In this document: positions 19,438 through 29,499 of the stretch, one piece after another
Layout of the letters: every line of letters starts with the position of its first letter
Position numbering within the stretch: position 1 is the stretch's first letter
IMG/VR virus record: IMGVR_UViG_3300008516_000114
Span: 25,684 to 89,683 of that record
Source: a virus
Strand: one strand, 5' to 3'
Length of the DNA: 64,000 bases
Program-made: the position numbers and the translations under genes
Notes under the pieces: generated by a model
Told to the model about the DNA's origin: nothing
Seen by the model: the letters and a program-made list of their open reading frames with translations, nothing else
Databases searched by the model: none

Positions 19438-20196
19438 ATGAAATTATATCAAAATAAAGATTGGCTAAAAGAACAATATTTAGATAAGAAATTATCTACG
19501 ACACAAATTGCAAAATCATGTGATTGTAGTAGTGGAACTATTTGTAATGGGCTAAAAAAATATAATATCCCAGCTCGTTCTACGCCAGAAGGTAATCATT
19601 TATCAAAAAGAAATCATTGCGATTTATCTGAAGAAGCAAAACAGTGGATAGATGGAGAGCTTATGGGCGATGGGTGTTTACTTTCTTATTCAAAATATTC
19701 TGCTAATTTTAATTATTGTTCAAAATACGAGGAGTATATTAATTATATTTTAGATACACTCAATTCTTTTAATATAAAACAAGCTGGTAAAATAAATAAA
19801 TATTATCATAAAAAAAGATGCTATTATAGTTATCATTATGCGTCTTTATGTTATCCCGAACTTTTATCAATTAGAAAATATTGGTATCCTAATGGGCATA
19901 AGATTATTCCAAAAGATTTAAAATTAACTCCATTAATTTTAAGGCAAGAATATATTGGTGATGGTAATTTATCTCATCCAAAATATGGAAGACCATATAT
20001 TAGATTAGCAACTCATGGTTTTTCAACTGAAGGTGTAGAATGGCTTGTAAATAAATTAAATAAATTAAATTTTAAATCGACAAGACGTCCAAGTGATAAT
20101 CAAATTCATATTTCAGCACACTCCACTAAAGATTTTCTTGATTATATTGGTGAGTGTCCCATTCAATGCTATCAATACAAGTGGAATTATAATTAA
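19438..20196 (+). CDS. Free-standing LAGLIDADG homing endonuclease with N-terminal HTH
   Basis: IDGELMGDGCL and RQEYIGDGNL; WYPNGHKIIP; LATHGFS. Confidence 0.9.
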   Translation: MKLYQNKDWLKEQYLDKKLSTTQIAKSCDCSSGTICNGLKKYNIPARSTPEGNHLSKRNHCDLSEEAKQWIDGELMGDGCLLSYSKYSANFNYCSKYEEYINYILDTLNSFNIKQAGKINKYYHKKRCYYSYHYASLCYPELLSIRKYWYPNGHKIIPKDLKLTPLILRQEYIGDGNLSHPKYGRPYIRLATHGFSTEGVEWLVNKLNKLNFKSTRRPSDNQIHISAHSTKDFLDYIGECPIQCYQYKWNYN

Positions 20197-20207
20197 GGAG
20201 TTATAGA

Positions 20208-20843
20208 ATGAGTCGTTACATAAGAATTGCTGATGATGAAGTAATGGAAACAAATCTTTTCGACTTTACGGAGTATCCCAGCAATATTACAATTGAAGAT
20301 AATGATAACCCGACTGTATTAAATGCACTTGATGGCGAGGGAGTTTTACAATACAATTTTGTAGATGTAAGAGAATTTGAAATAATCTTTGAATCCCTGA
20401 AGAGATCAACACACGATAAGGGCGCAGGCACACTAATAAATGAATTAAAGGATAGGAAATTCAAGATTACCGGTAATAATTATTATTTGCGATACACGCC
20501 GGAAGTTAGCGATATAATCAATGATGTAACAGATGATGTAATTTCTGTTGACACGGGGGGTATGGTTACAAATGCTTATCAATATATGGATCTGGTTTGT
20601 GATGATGATAATGGCGACTTACAGGCATTTTTTATTACATCTAATGATGCAGATAGTTTTACCGTGGAATTAGATGGTAGGGTACCGGATACAGGAGCAT
20701 GTTATGTTATTGACAGAGCACACAATCCGCTGAAAATATCTACACCTATCAAGATGCGTATCAATGATATTGAAGAGAAATTAGTACCAAATACGGAAGA
20801 GGCGTTTTTTGATGTGGTTGTTAAATGTCAAAAGGTAGTGTAA
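20208..20843 (+). CDS. Probable distal tail protein
   Basis: First structural-looking gene after the tape measure; AAGGAG RBS. Confidence 0.55.
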   Translation: MSRYIRIADDEVMETNLFDFTEYPSNITIEDNDNPTVLNALDGEGVLQYNFVDVREFEIIFESLKRSTHDKGAGTLINELKDRKFKITGNNYYLRYTPEVSDIINDVTDDVISVDTGGMVTNAYQYMDLVCDDDNGDLQAFFITSNDADSFTVELDGRVPDTGACYVIDRAHNPLKISTPIKMRINDIEEKLVPNTEEAFFDVVVKCQKVV

Positions 20844-21194
20844 TAACTCCTTGCACTTTTTACTAAGTTGGAGGTGATATGAAAGTAGAAGTAATAAATA
20901 GAGATGGTATAATCAGTAATATATTGCCGAAAAATGAACTATCACTGCAATAATTGGTAATATATTACTGATTAACACGATGAATGGAGGTTAATCAGCA
21001 ACAAATGTTTTATAACATCGAATTCTCAGTAGCAACGAGTAATCAGATTGAAGCAGCCACTCTGCAAGCGCCCGGTTTTGTTTTGGGTCGTGATTGCGGG
21101 TTAACTGGAGGATGTCCTAAATGTAGCCCCCTTCCTCCCTATAATGAGAAAGAGAGAGACATTTCTATTTTTATAATTGATAGAAAGAAAGAAA

Positions 21195-21419
21195 ATGAAG
21201 GCAATTTTAATATTCAAATTACCGGAAGATAAGTTTGATTTTGAATGTGCTTGTAAAGGTGCTGAATATCTATTTGCGTTAAAAGATATTAGAGAATATT
21301 TACGTGAAGAATTGAAATGGGGCGAACATAAAGACGGGGAATTTGAAATGCTTGAAAAGATGGAAAAAGAATTTTTTAATATTATTGAGGAAAGGAATAT
21401 CAATCTTGATATCGAATAA
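21195..21419 (+). CDS. Hypothetical phage protein
   Basis: MKAILIFKLPED..DF pattern typical of small phage proteins. Confidence 0.7.
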   Translation: MKAILIFKLPEDKFDFECACKGAEYLFALKDIREYLREELKWGEHKDGEFEMLEKMEKEFFNIIEERNINLDIE

Positions 21420-21423
21420 TAAT

Positions 21424-21496
21424 TGCGGGGTGGAGGAGATGGTTTCCTTGTGGGTTTCATACACCCAAGACGGTGGTTCGAGTCCATCCCCCGCGA
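21424..21496 (+). tRNA. tRNA-Met(CAT), initiator-like
   Basis: GCGGGG/CCCCGC acceptor, TGGGT-TTCATAC-ACCCA anticodon arm, GGTGG-TTCGAGT-CCATC T arm; no encoded CCA. Confidence 0.85.
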
Positions 21497-21567
21497 GAAA
21501 CAAGGACTGGAAATAATAGAGGATTTTAATTTACATAATAAAGAAATAATTAAAAAAGGAGTTAATT

Positions 21568-21813
21568 ATGAAAAATCGAGCTGATAAAGGTAAATTAAGA
21601 ATTATAAGTGATGGATCTTCAGAGGGTACTTATATTTATGATGATAACGGAAAAGAAATGCTTTATATGACTAATATTCAAATAAATATGAGTTTTGATA
21701 AAGATGAAGTAAGTACCGTTATTGAAGTAATCAATGTTGAATCTGATATTCAAATAGATATTGATAAAGTCCAGATAAAACAAAAGAAAATAAAAGATGA
21801 ATCCAGTAAATAG
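21568..21813 (+). CDS. Hypothetical protein
   Basis: AAGGAG RBS; LRIISDGSSEGT motif. Confidence 0.7.
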   Translation: MKNRADKGKLRIISDGSSEGTYIYDDNGKEMLYMTNIQINMSFDKDEVSTVIEVINVESDIQIDIDKVQIKQKKIKDESSK

Positions 21814-24800
21814 TACACATGAAGCATTAATAAACGCAAAGAATCAGTTGCCGATTAGTCGTGTAACTATCTTTGACACTTGCAAAACAGTTCCGAGTAA
21901 GGGGTTCAATGTTTATTTCTATACATTACCCGATAGTGATAATACAACTCTTGATGCCATTCTTAATGATTCAGATCCTTTTTGGTATGCTATGGAAGAT
22001 GTTATACTGCAGTTAGGCAGTAGTGATATTATTGAATATTCAACAGCGTTAGCATTTGATTGGGGTGTAGGTGGATCACCATCACCTGTCAGCCAGGCAC
22101 ATCTGTTTGGTATAAAGTGGACAGGTTATTTTTATGCAAGATATACAGGAGTATATAGATTTTATATTGATTCATCTTATTTTGCAAGACTGAGAATAAA
22201 ATTCAATGGTTCTTATCTTACATTCAAAGATCCCGATGATGACTCGGAAGTTGATTCATGGGATGCCGATTTGGATAATACAGATGAACTATATGCAGAC
22301 ACAGCATCATTAACAGCAGGTGATTGGTATGCGATACAGATAGAATTTGCAGTTGGCAGGAGAGAAGAATGTACCGATCCGACTTATCTCTGTGTGAAAT
22401 ATAAAGAGCCTACAAGTGTAACAACAGGGTATGATCTCTGGGGTGATAGTGGCGGTGATATTGTTGCCGATTATCCTTCAGATAGTGATAAAAAAGTATT
22501 ATCTGCTGGTGTAGTAAATACTGCAGGTAGTTTTTTATCAGGCGATGAAATTACCGATATAGTTAAATCGGTATCAGGTGGAAAATCAAGAGGGGAGAGT
22601 GCTCAATATCAATTCGATGTTGCAGTAGCAGTTTCAACATGGCTAACAGATCCAGGTGGTGTTTCGGCGGAGGATACTGAGATCAATGTAGGTTCTACCG
22701 AGGGATTGCCCGATAAGGGTAAATTGATTATAGGAAGTGGAACGACAACCATTACATATACAAACAAAGATGCCACAACTTTTAAGGGTATTCCTGCTAC
22801 CGGAGATGGCAGTATAGGTGGTAGTTATGTACAATATACAAGAATTACACTACATACGGGTAAATATTCATTTAATCCATATACAAAAGATTTCGGTATT
22901 ATAAAGCCTTATAGGCTCGTAAAGATAGAATTAGGACATAGAAGTCCGAGTACGGAAACAAACTATTACAGTAATGTTGTCTGGGGTCATATATTCCCGA
23001 ATCCACAGTTACAGCGAAGTAAAAACGAGGATATTCTTACTATTTATATGCAGGACTTCAATAATATGCTGGGCAGTATTCAGCAGAACTATCCGGATAA
23101 TGCTTCATACTCAGGTGCAAGCTATTATAATAAATTAACATCCGGCGAACCCGATGGGCAGGAACGACCTGTAGCTTATGATCGCTGGAAATGTGAATAT
23201 GCAGTCAGAGATATATATATCAAGGCTAATATCGATCCCATTTTGACATACCAGAGAAAGCGTTTACAAGTAACCGGAGATTACGCTCCCGATTATGGGG
23301 GATATCTTATAGATGCTGATTTCCAATTGAATTATCAGCCGAACTATGGGAATCCCGGCAGTGTAGATAATCCCGATGATAAATATTTATGGTTTTTTGG
23401 ATATGGCAAGAAATTAATAGAAATGCTTGCCTCTTTTGCAAAGACATTCGGACGTAGAATAGGATTTGATAATAATGGATTTGCTAAATTTTCAAGTGTT
23501 GGACTTCCTACAAGCAAGATGGATGTTGGAGATGCTGCGGAATCAGGTACATGGTCGGAAGAAACAGTAGATTTCGATACACTCGAAGGTCATTACAAAT
23601 CGTCAACTGAACTTAATGCTTATCTGTCTTTTACGGCAACCGGAAGTGAGTTTATATTACTGGTTGGCAGGCATTCGACTTTCGGTGGAATAAAACTTGA
23701 GGTAGATGGTGGTGTAGTAACAGTGATTTATATAGATGGAAAATATGTTATTAGTGATTTAGGTGTATATGATCTGGATTATGCAGGAAGAACATCAGAT
23801 AATCCCTGGTTCTATTATGAGGGTGTTGATAGTACAGGCAATAATCCATCTGAAATACGAATAAAGACTAAATATGATTATGGTGTGCATACTGTGAAAG
23901 CTACAGTTCAAAGCGATGCGAATGTTTTCATTGACGGACTTTTATGTTATGATAATACTCTCGATTATCCAGTTAGAGATATTGAAACCGATAGAGTTAA
24001 AGATAATTTAAACACAAAATTCGATATTGAGAATACACGCAATGAAATGATTGTAGTCGGTGCATTACAGGGCTTATTTCAGAATAGCGAAGGACAGATA
24101 GTCAATCCTAATAATCCGATATATTTGCATTTATTCTCCAAAACCAGTGATGTTTATTCGATTTATGATTCGAGTAATATTGATTATGTAGGTAGAAAAT
24201 TACCCTTTGAAATATATGATCCCAAGATCAATTCGCAGGAATGGGCAGATTATATCAGTACACAAAATGTCATTAAGTACCGGTCAGCGGTTTTTCAACC
24301 ATCGGTTACTATCGATGGCGATATGAGATTAGAACCTGGTGATTGTATTACTGTTAAGGATTTAAAGACCAAGACAACAACAGATAGCGATAATCTCTGG
24401 GTCGAGCAGGTCAGACATGATTCTACAATAGATAAAGATGGTAAGATTCAATTCATTACAGGTATCGAGACAGTACCGAGAAAGCCGGTAAAGAGTTTTG
24501 AACGCCGTCCTGCACTCGATCTATCCGATTGGCATGATGAACCGATTATAAATATTGAATTGAGAAGTCAGGGTAAGCGAATAAGTGGTAATGATGTAAC
24601 TATCGATGTAGTAGGGGGAACTATTACCATAGATAATGATCCTGATTGGGACACCAATATGTGGGCAGGGTATTTATTTGTGGTATTTGGGACAGTTACA
24701 AAATCAGGGAATATATACCCGGTTTTAATTGACAGCATAGCATCTAATACAAGTGATACTATTACATTATCGAATATAACAATAACAGATTATACATTTG

Positions 24801-26575
24801 GCGAGGATTTAACATGGTGTATTAGTTTCGATCCATTTGATACAGACCAGAAGGGCTCTCCACTTGAGATACATTACGACCAATTAATTACGGGTATAGT
24901 AGAAATTTATATTGTAGATGAAGAAGATAGATATGTAGCTCTTGTTAATCCTTCAACAAGCAATGAGATTGTTGAATGGGGTTCAGGAAAAGTTGCTTAT
25001 TGGTCGGGCGTTTTTGAAAAAGGAGAGGATAATACTAATTACTATGTTAATGACGAATTATTTCTGTCGGATGGAATATTAAAACGTCCACTTTCCGTTA
25101 TGTTTCAAATAACAGATATTGATACAGATAATTTATATAAGATTAAAAGTAAAATAATAGATGAGCAATATGCTGGAATAGTACCACCCGATGCCAATGT
25201 TTACACAGCATTGCAGGAATCGGATTATAAAAAAAATGATATTTATTCAGCAGCGATTTTTCCATATATAATCAATTCCCCGCCGATTCTGTATTTAGAA
25301 GACGAGGATGAATCATTGATTATTAATTCAGGTAGAATAGTAAATCATTCTATTGAATCAAAATGGGTTGAAATAGACAACGATATTAATTGGGTTGAAG
25401 ATGAAAGCCCTGATGATTGGGTGGGAAAAACAATATTCTTTTCGATAAATAGAAAGCCTGATGGTATTTATAAACATGCATATAATTATTTTAAAATAGA
25501 TTCTACATCTGATCAAGGTGATGGTATAATCCGGATAACAATAGATGCTCCCTATACACAAGAAGGTCTTTATGAAGGCAGTTGGACTATGGGTAAAAAA
25601 ACGGATTTTTATTATGCTATTTTTGCTGATGAACCATTTTCTAAATTTGATAGTAATGACAATAGTTTTAATGGGTTAAGTTTACACATAGTTCAAGCAA
25701 ATATTTATGTTGACGGCGATTTCCAGTATAAAAAAGTTGGAGATGACATTAAAGTTACAAATAATTTCAAAATAATTTATAACGATATCGAATATTCTTT
25801 CAGTGCGGATGATATTATAAATTTCTGTTGTTTTTCAAATTGGGAATATGATGCAGATGCAAATTTTAGAATAATTTTCTGGAATAAGTACAATCCGACA
25901 AAACTTTATTATACTTATTTTGCTGATAGTTACACTGATGTTGAACATTATAATTTAATTTTTTCCAAATTATTTAATCCAAGAAATGGTCTGTATCCAA
26001 TTTATGCCGGAATGGTAGATGGAGATTTCATTAGGGAAAACTTATTAGATTTTCCTATAGAGAAATTAGAAGAGGCAGGTATTTATTGTAATATAGAACG
26101 CAGAGATTTTTCAATTTTTGATGGCGAAGTACATGAATGGGATAAAGCAGATGATAGTGATATACCAATTGAAAATTTCCCCAAGTCAAGTAATATTAAA
26201 AATATCTATGTCAACCCGGAAAATAATAGAAATGCGTTCCGTGATCTACCCTATGAAACTGATAAAGATACGGAATATATGGGGAGATTATTTGTTTTTG
26301 ATGCTGATTTCAGAGATAGGGCTGGTAGATATGCAATTAATAATAGTAAACATACAGGTTATAAAAATTGGTTGGGTGTTGCATTAACACACCATAGGGC
26401 ATCTTTGTTTGACAAAGTATTTAAAACAGAAAATATTAAAATAGATTCATTACCTGTTGTATGGCATCCTTTAACAAATGATGGCACGAAATTAATTTCA
26501 ACACATAGTGGTTCAATTAGCAGCCCAAATTTATGGGGTATACAAGACATATTAGTAAAATTATTTAAAAAGTGA
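21797..26575 (+). CDS. Large tail tip/hub protein with PA14 domain
   Basis: FGIKWTGYFYARYTGVYRFYI...LTAGDWYAIQIEF (PA14); RNEMIVVG and GDMRLEPGDCITV (tail hub motifs). Confidence 0.85.
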   Translation: MNPVNSTHEALINAKNQLPISRVTIFDTCKTVPSKGFNVYFYTLPDSDNTTLDAILNDSDPFWYAMEDVILQLGSSDIIEYSTALAFDWGVGGSPSPVSQAHLFGIKWTGYFYARYTGVYRFYIDSSYFARLRIKFNGSYLTFKDPDDDSEVDSWDADLDNTDELYADTASLTAGDWYAIQIEFAVGRREECTDPTYLCVKYKEPTSVTTGYDLWGDSGGDIVADYPSDSDKKVLSAGVVNTAGSFLSGDEITDIVKSVSGGKSRGESAQYQFDVAVAVSTWLTDPGGVSAEDTEINVGSTEGLPDKGKLIIGSGTTTITYTNKDATTFKGIPATGDGSIGGSYVQYTRITLHTGKYSFNPYTKDFGIIKPYRLVKIELGHRSPSTETNYYSNVVWGHIFPNPQLQRSKNEDILTIYMQDFNNMLGSIQQNYPDNASYSGASYYNKLTSGEPDGQERPVAYDRWKCEYAVRDIYIKANIDPILTYQRKRLQVTGDYAPDYGGYLIDADFQLNYQPNYGNPGSVDNPDDKYLWFFGYGKKLIEMLASFAKTFGRRIGFDNNGFAKFSSVGLPTSKMDVGDAAESGTWSEETVDFDTLEGHYKSSTELNAYLSFTATGSEFILLVGRHSTFGGIKLEVDGGVVTVIYIDGKYVISDLGVYDLDYAGRTSDNPWFYYEGVDSTGNNPSEIRIKTKYDYGVHTVKATVQSDANVFIDGLLCYDNTLDYPVRDIETDRVKDNLNTKFDIENTRNEMIVVGALQGLFQNSEGQIVNPNNPIYLHLFSKTSDVYSIYDSSNIDYVGRKLPFEIYDPKINSQEWADYISTQNVIKYRSAVFQPSVTIDGDMRLEPGDCITVKDLKTKTTTDSDNLWVEQVRHDSTIDKDGKIQFITGIETVPRKPVKSFERRPALDLSDWHDEPIINIELRSQGKRISGNDVTIDVVGGTITIDNDPDWDTNMWAGYLFVVFGTVTKSGNIYPVLIDSIASNTSDTITLSNITITDYTFGEDLTWCISFDPFDTDQKGSPLEIHYDQLITGIVEIYIVDEEDRYVALVNPSTSNEIVEWGSGKVAYWSGVFEKGEDNTNYYVNDELFLSDGILKRPLSVMFQITDIDTDNLYKIKSKIIDEQYAGIVPPDANVYTALQESDYKKNDIYSAAIFPYIINSPPILYLEDEDESLIINSGRIVNHSIESKWVEIDNDINWVEDESPDDWVGKTIFFSINRKPDGIYKHAYNYFKIDSTSDQGDGIIRITIDAPYTQEGLYEGSWTMGKKTDFYYAIFADEPFSKFDSNDNSFNGLSLHIVQANIYVDGDFQYKKVGDDIKVTNNFKIIYNDIEYSFSADDIINFCCFSNWEYDADANFRIIFWNKYNPTKLYYTYFADSYTDVEHYNLIFSKLFNPRNGLYPIYAGMVDGDFIRENLLDFPIEKLEEAGIYCNIERRDFSIFDGEVHEWDKADDSDIPIENFPKSSNIKNIYVNPENNRNAFRDLPYETDKDTEYMGRLFVFDADFRDRAGRYAINNSKHTGYKNWLGVALTHHRASLFDKVFKTENIKIDSLPVVWHPLTNDGTKLISTHSGSISSPNLWGIQDILVKLFKK

Positions 26576-26590
26576 ACGGAGAATTAAAAG

Positions 26591-27796
26591 ATGAGACCAC
26601 AACAAGAGACAATAGAAAAGCGAATAGATGAGAAACAGCGCCCTGAAGAACATATAAAAGAATATGGTTCAAAAGGATTGTTCATAAAATCCGAGAAATA
26701 TTCTAAAGAGCCACTGGAGGATATAAAATTCAATTGTCGATTTTACAATGAAGAAAAAACAGCATACAGCGGTAACTCTACTATAATAATAGACTCCGTA
26801 CTTACCTGTGCCGGTGCTTCTAATTATGATTCTGATTCAGATGGAGTCTGGACAACAGTTTATACAAGTGCAGGGGCATCATGGGTGATAGATCAATGGG
26901 CTGGTTATTATTTAAAAACATCTGGTTTATATTTTTATATTAAATCAAATACTGCTACCGCATTAACAATAAGGGCAGTACCTGGTATTGAACCGATAGA
27001 TGGTGATTTTGAAATTGTGCCATTTATTGCTCATTCAATGTATGGGGCGGAACTGAATCCTGATACGACACAGGAAACGGTATTTCAAATCGTAAATAAT
27101 ACCGATACAACAATAACCGTAGCACCGAACAATGATTCTTTTCTTACAGATGTAGCTGTTGCTACCGACCCATTTACAGTTAAGGGTTATTATGCACCGT
27201 GTTTAGCAGATTTTACCGATACAGATGAAGGGCAAGATGCCGGTGTTATTCAGTCTAAGATAGTTAATGCCCCATTTGGTAAATTAAATGATAAGAATAT
27301 GGGGCAATACTTCATTGGTGTCTACTCGGTTAGACTTATGACATTTAGAAGCAAAACCGTTCGATTAAAATTAGATGTTCCCGATAGTTTGAGAATAGTG
27401 GAATACGAATCGGATAGAGAGGCAGTGCTTGTAAATTCAAGATTCGGACAGAATAAAGTACAGTTCATAAGTTTATATTTTATGGCTAATGTATGGAAAC
27501 GATTAGATATATTCTATTACACAAAAGATGGTGATTACGGATTCACTATAACAGGAGCAGATAAACCGATAGGTGATTATATAGATGCCTGGAGCGATGT
27601 AACGCCGGAAGTACCTCAATGGGTTAGTGGATATCCCGAAGGACAATTAAGACAGATAGAATTGAGATGGATCAACACAGGATTATTAGGGCAAGGGGGC
27701 GGTACACAGATATTCCGTTCTGATGATGATGGTGCAACATATTCTTTCAAGGCATTTGTTCCGTGGGATCATAATACATATTTTGATTCCAGTTAA
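26591..27796 (+). CDS. Tail protein ending in the N-terminal part of an FN3 domain
   Basis: C-terminus PEVP...IELRW...TQIFRSDDDGATYS...TYFDSS then stop. Confidence 0.8.
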   Translation: MRPQQETIEKRIDEKQRPEEHIKEYGSKGLFIKSEKYSKEPLEDIKFNCRFYNEEKTAYSGNSTIIIDSVLTCAGASNYDSDSDGVWTTVYTSAGASWVIDQWAGYYLKTSGLYFYIKSNTATALTIRAVPGIEPIDGDFEIVPFIAHSMYGAELNPDTTQETVFQIVNNTDTTITVAPNNDSFLTDVAVATDPFTVKGYYAPCLADFTDTDEGQDAGVIQSKIVNAPFGKLNDKNMGQYFIGVYSVRLMTFRSKTVRLKLDVPDSLRIVEYESDREAVLVNSRFGQNKVQFISLYFMANVWKRLDIFYYTKDGDYGFTITGADKPIGDYIDAWSDVTPEVPQWVSGYPEGQLRQIELRWINTGLLGQGGGTQIFRSDDDGATYSFKAFVPWDHNTYFDSS

Positions 27797-27869
27797 AAGA
27801 TATTTGATAACTTAAATAAATTTAGAAATGTCGATAACTTAATGAGAAAAAAAACGAAAGGAGAAAACA

Positions 27870-28019
27870 ATGGAAATTATGATAGGTTCTATATCAAATA
27901 TAGATAATCGTGGAACTCCTTTTACCGAACAGTGGGTTGGTGATGTTGAAAGATTATTATTAGAAATTGGAGATTTTACACTGTTAGAAAACGATGATAA
28001 AATATTAACGGAGGATTAA
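27870..28019 (+). CDS. Small virion-associated protein (49 aa; not in ORF track)
   Basis: AAGGAG RBS; ends RLLLEIGDFTLLENDDKILTED (LLLExGD-type motif). Confidence 0.7.
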   Translation: MEIMIGSISNIDNRGTPFTEQWVGDVERLLLEIGDFTLLENDDKILTED

Positions 28020-28022
28020 ATA

Positions 28023-28226
28023 ATGGCCGATACAAAAATAAGTGAGTTACCCGCAAAAACAGAATTAGAAGCAACTGATCATTTTGTAGTTGCAGAAGGA
28101 ACAACAAGCAATAAGAAGGTATCTTTAGCGACGATGAGAAATGAAATAGGTAGTGGTTCGGTTCACATTTCACAGGCCGAACCAGACAACCCTGTGACGG
28201 GCATGATTTGGGTTGATTTACCATAA
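28023..28226 (+). CDS. Fibre N-terminal anchor protein
   Basis: MADTKISELP start typical of phage fibres; ends ISQAEPDNPVTGMIWVDLP. Confidence 0.8.
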   Translation: MADTKISELPAKTELEATDHFVVAEGTTSNKKVSLATMRNEIGSGSVHISQAEPDNPVTGMIWVDLP

Positions 28227-28245
28227 TATAAAAAAAGGAGCAATA

Positions 28246-29499
28246 ATGATTTCAATATTCACACCACATTTTGAAGGTACAAATCCATATATCAATGAGA
28301 CTTATCGTTCATTGTTAGCACAAACTTATTTGGATTGGGAATGGGTTATTTTGGTTAATAACGGTGGTATTGTACCAAAGTCAATTACTAAAGATAAAAA
28401 AGTACATATTTTTACATATCCAGATGATAAGCCTTCAAATATTGGGGCATTGAAAAAAACAGTTTGTGGTCATTGTAAAGGTGATATTTTATTAGAACTT
28501 GATGCTGATGATCTTCTTACACCAGATGCTTTGAAAACTATTGAGGAGGCATTTCAGGATCAGAATATTGAATTTGTATACTCTAATTCTGCCCAGTTTG
28601 AACATGGGACATGGAAGAGTAGTGGTTATTCGGAATACTGGGGCTGGAAATCACGACAATTCTATTGGCATGGTCACATTCTTCAAGAAATGATTGCCTT
28701 TCCACCTACCGCACATTCTATTCGTGGAATATGGTGGGCTCCAAATCATGTTCGAGCCTGGCGTACTGAAACTTATCATAGTATTGGTGGGCATGATCCT
28801 AAATTACTTGTAGCAGATGACCATGATCTAATTTGCCGAACTTATCTTAGTGCAAAAATGAAACATATTGACCGTTGTTTATATTTATATCGGGTTCATC
28901 CTGGTAATAGTGTTAAACGTTTTAACCCAGAAATTCAAGCGGGTTCTTGGAAAAATTATGAGAAATATATTTTTCGTATGGTAGAATACTGGGCTCGTGA
29001 AAATGATTTGAAGTTGATTGATTTAGGGAGTTCACACGGTAAACCGGAGGGTTATTTAGGATTAGATTGTGAGTCTAATGCAGATTTAGTATGTGACCTT
29101 GAAAAAGGCATTCCAATGTCAGATAATTCTTGTGGAATTGTACGAGCCCATGATATACTTGAACATTTATCTCCAATTCCTATTATGAATGAGATTTATC
29201 GGGTATTAGCTCCGGGTGGATGGCTTTTTGTATCAGTACCATCTACTGACGGGCGAGGGGCTTTTCAAGACCCAACACATATTTCCTTTTGGAATCCTAA
29301 TTCTTTTTGGTATTACACCAATCCGCAATATCAGAAATATGTTCCATCGATCAAGGCTCATTTTCAAGTATCAAGAATAGTGAATTGGTTTCCATCTAAT
29401 TTCCATAAACAAAATAATATTTCTTATGTTGATGCTCAATTAATTGCTATAAAAGATGGCTTTCAAGCACCAGGAGAATGTCTATGGCAGAAACTTTAA
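28246..29499 (+). CDS. GT2 glycosyltransferase fused to class I SAM methyltransferase
   Basis: ISIFTP, SLLAQTY..WEWVIL, ELDADD, ADDHDL; then [35 protein letters not shown] before ATG 28246. Confidence 0.92.
   Translation: MISIFTPHFEGTNPYINETYRSLLAQTYLDWEWVILVNNGGIVPKSITKDKKVHIFTYPDDKPSNIGALKKTVCGHCKGDILLELDADDLLTPDALKTIEEAFQDQNIEFVYSNSAQFEHGTWKSSGYSEYWGWKSRQFYWHGHILQEMIAFPPTAHSIRGIWWAPNHVRAWRTETYHSIGGHDPKLLVADDHDLICRTYLSAKMKHIDRCLYLYRVHPGNSVKRFNPEIQAGSWKNYEKYIFRMVEYWARENDLKLIDLGSSHGKPEGYLGLDCESNADLVCDLEKGIPMSDNSCGIVRAHDILEHLSPIPIMNEIYRVLAPGGWLFVSVPSTDGRGAFQDPTHISFWNPNSFWYYTNPQYQKYVPSIKAHFQVSRIVNWFPSNFHKQNNISYVDAQLIAIKDGFQAPGECLWQKL

Noticed and set aside
19438-20196. Group I intron or intein around the LAGLIDADG ORF
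   Set aside because: Flanks are only a few nucleotides, neighbouring genes look complete, and there are no intein terminal motifs.
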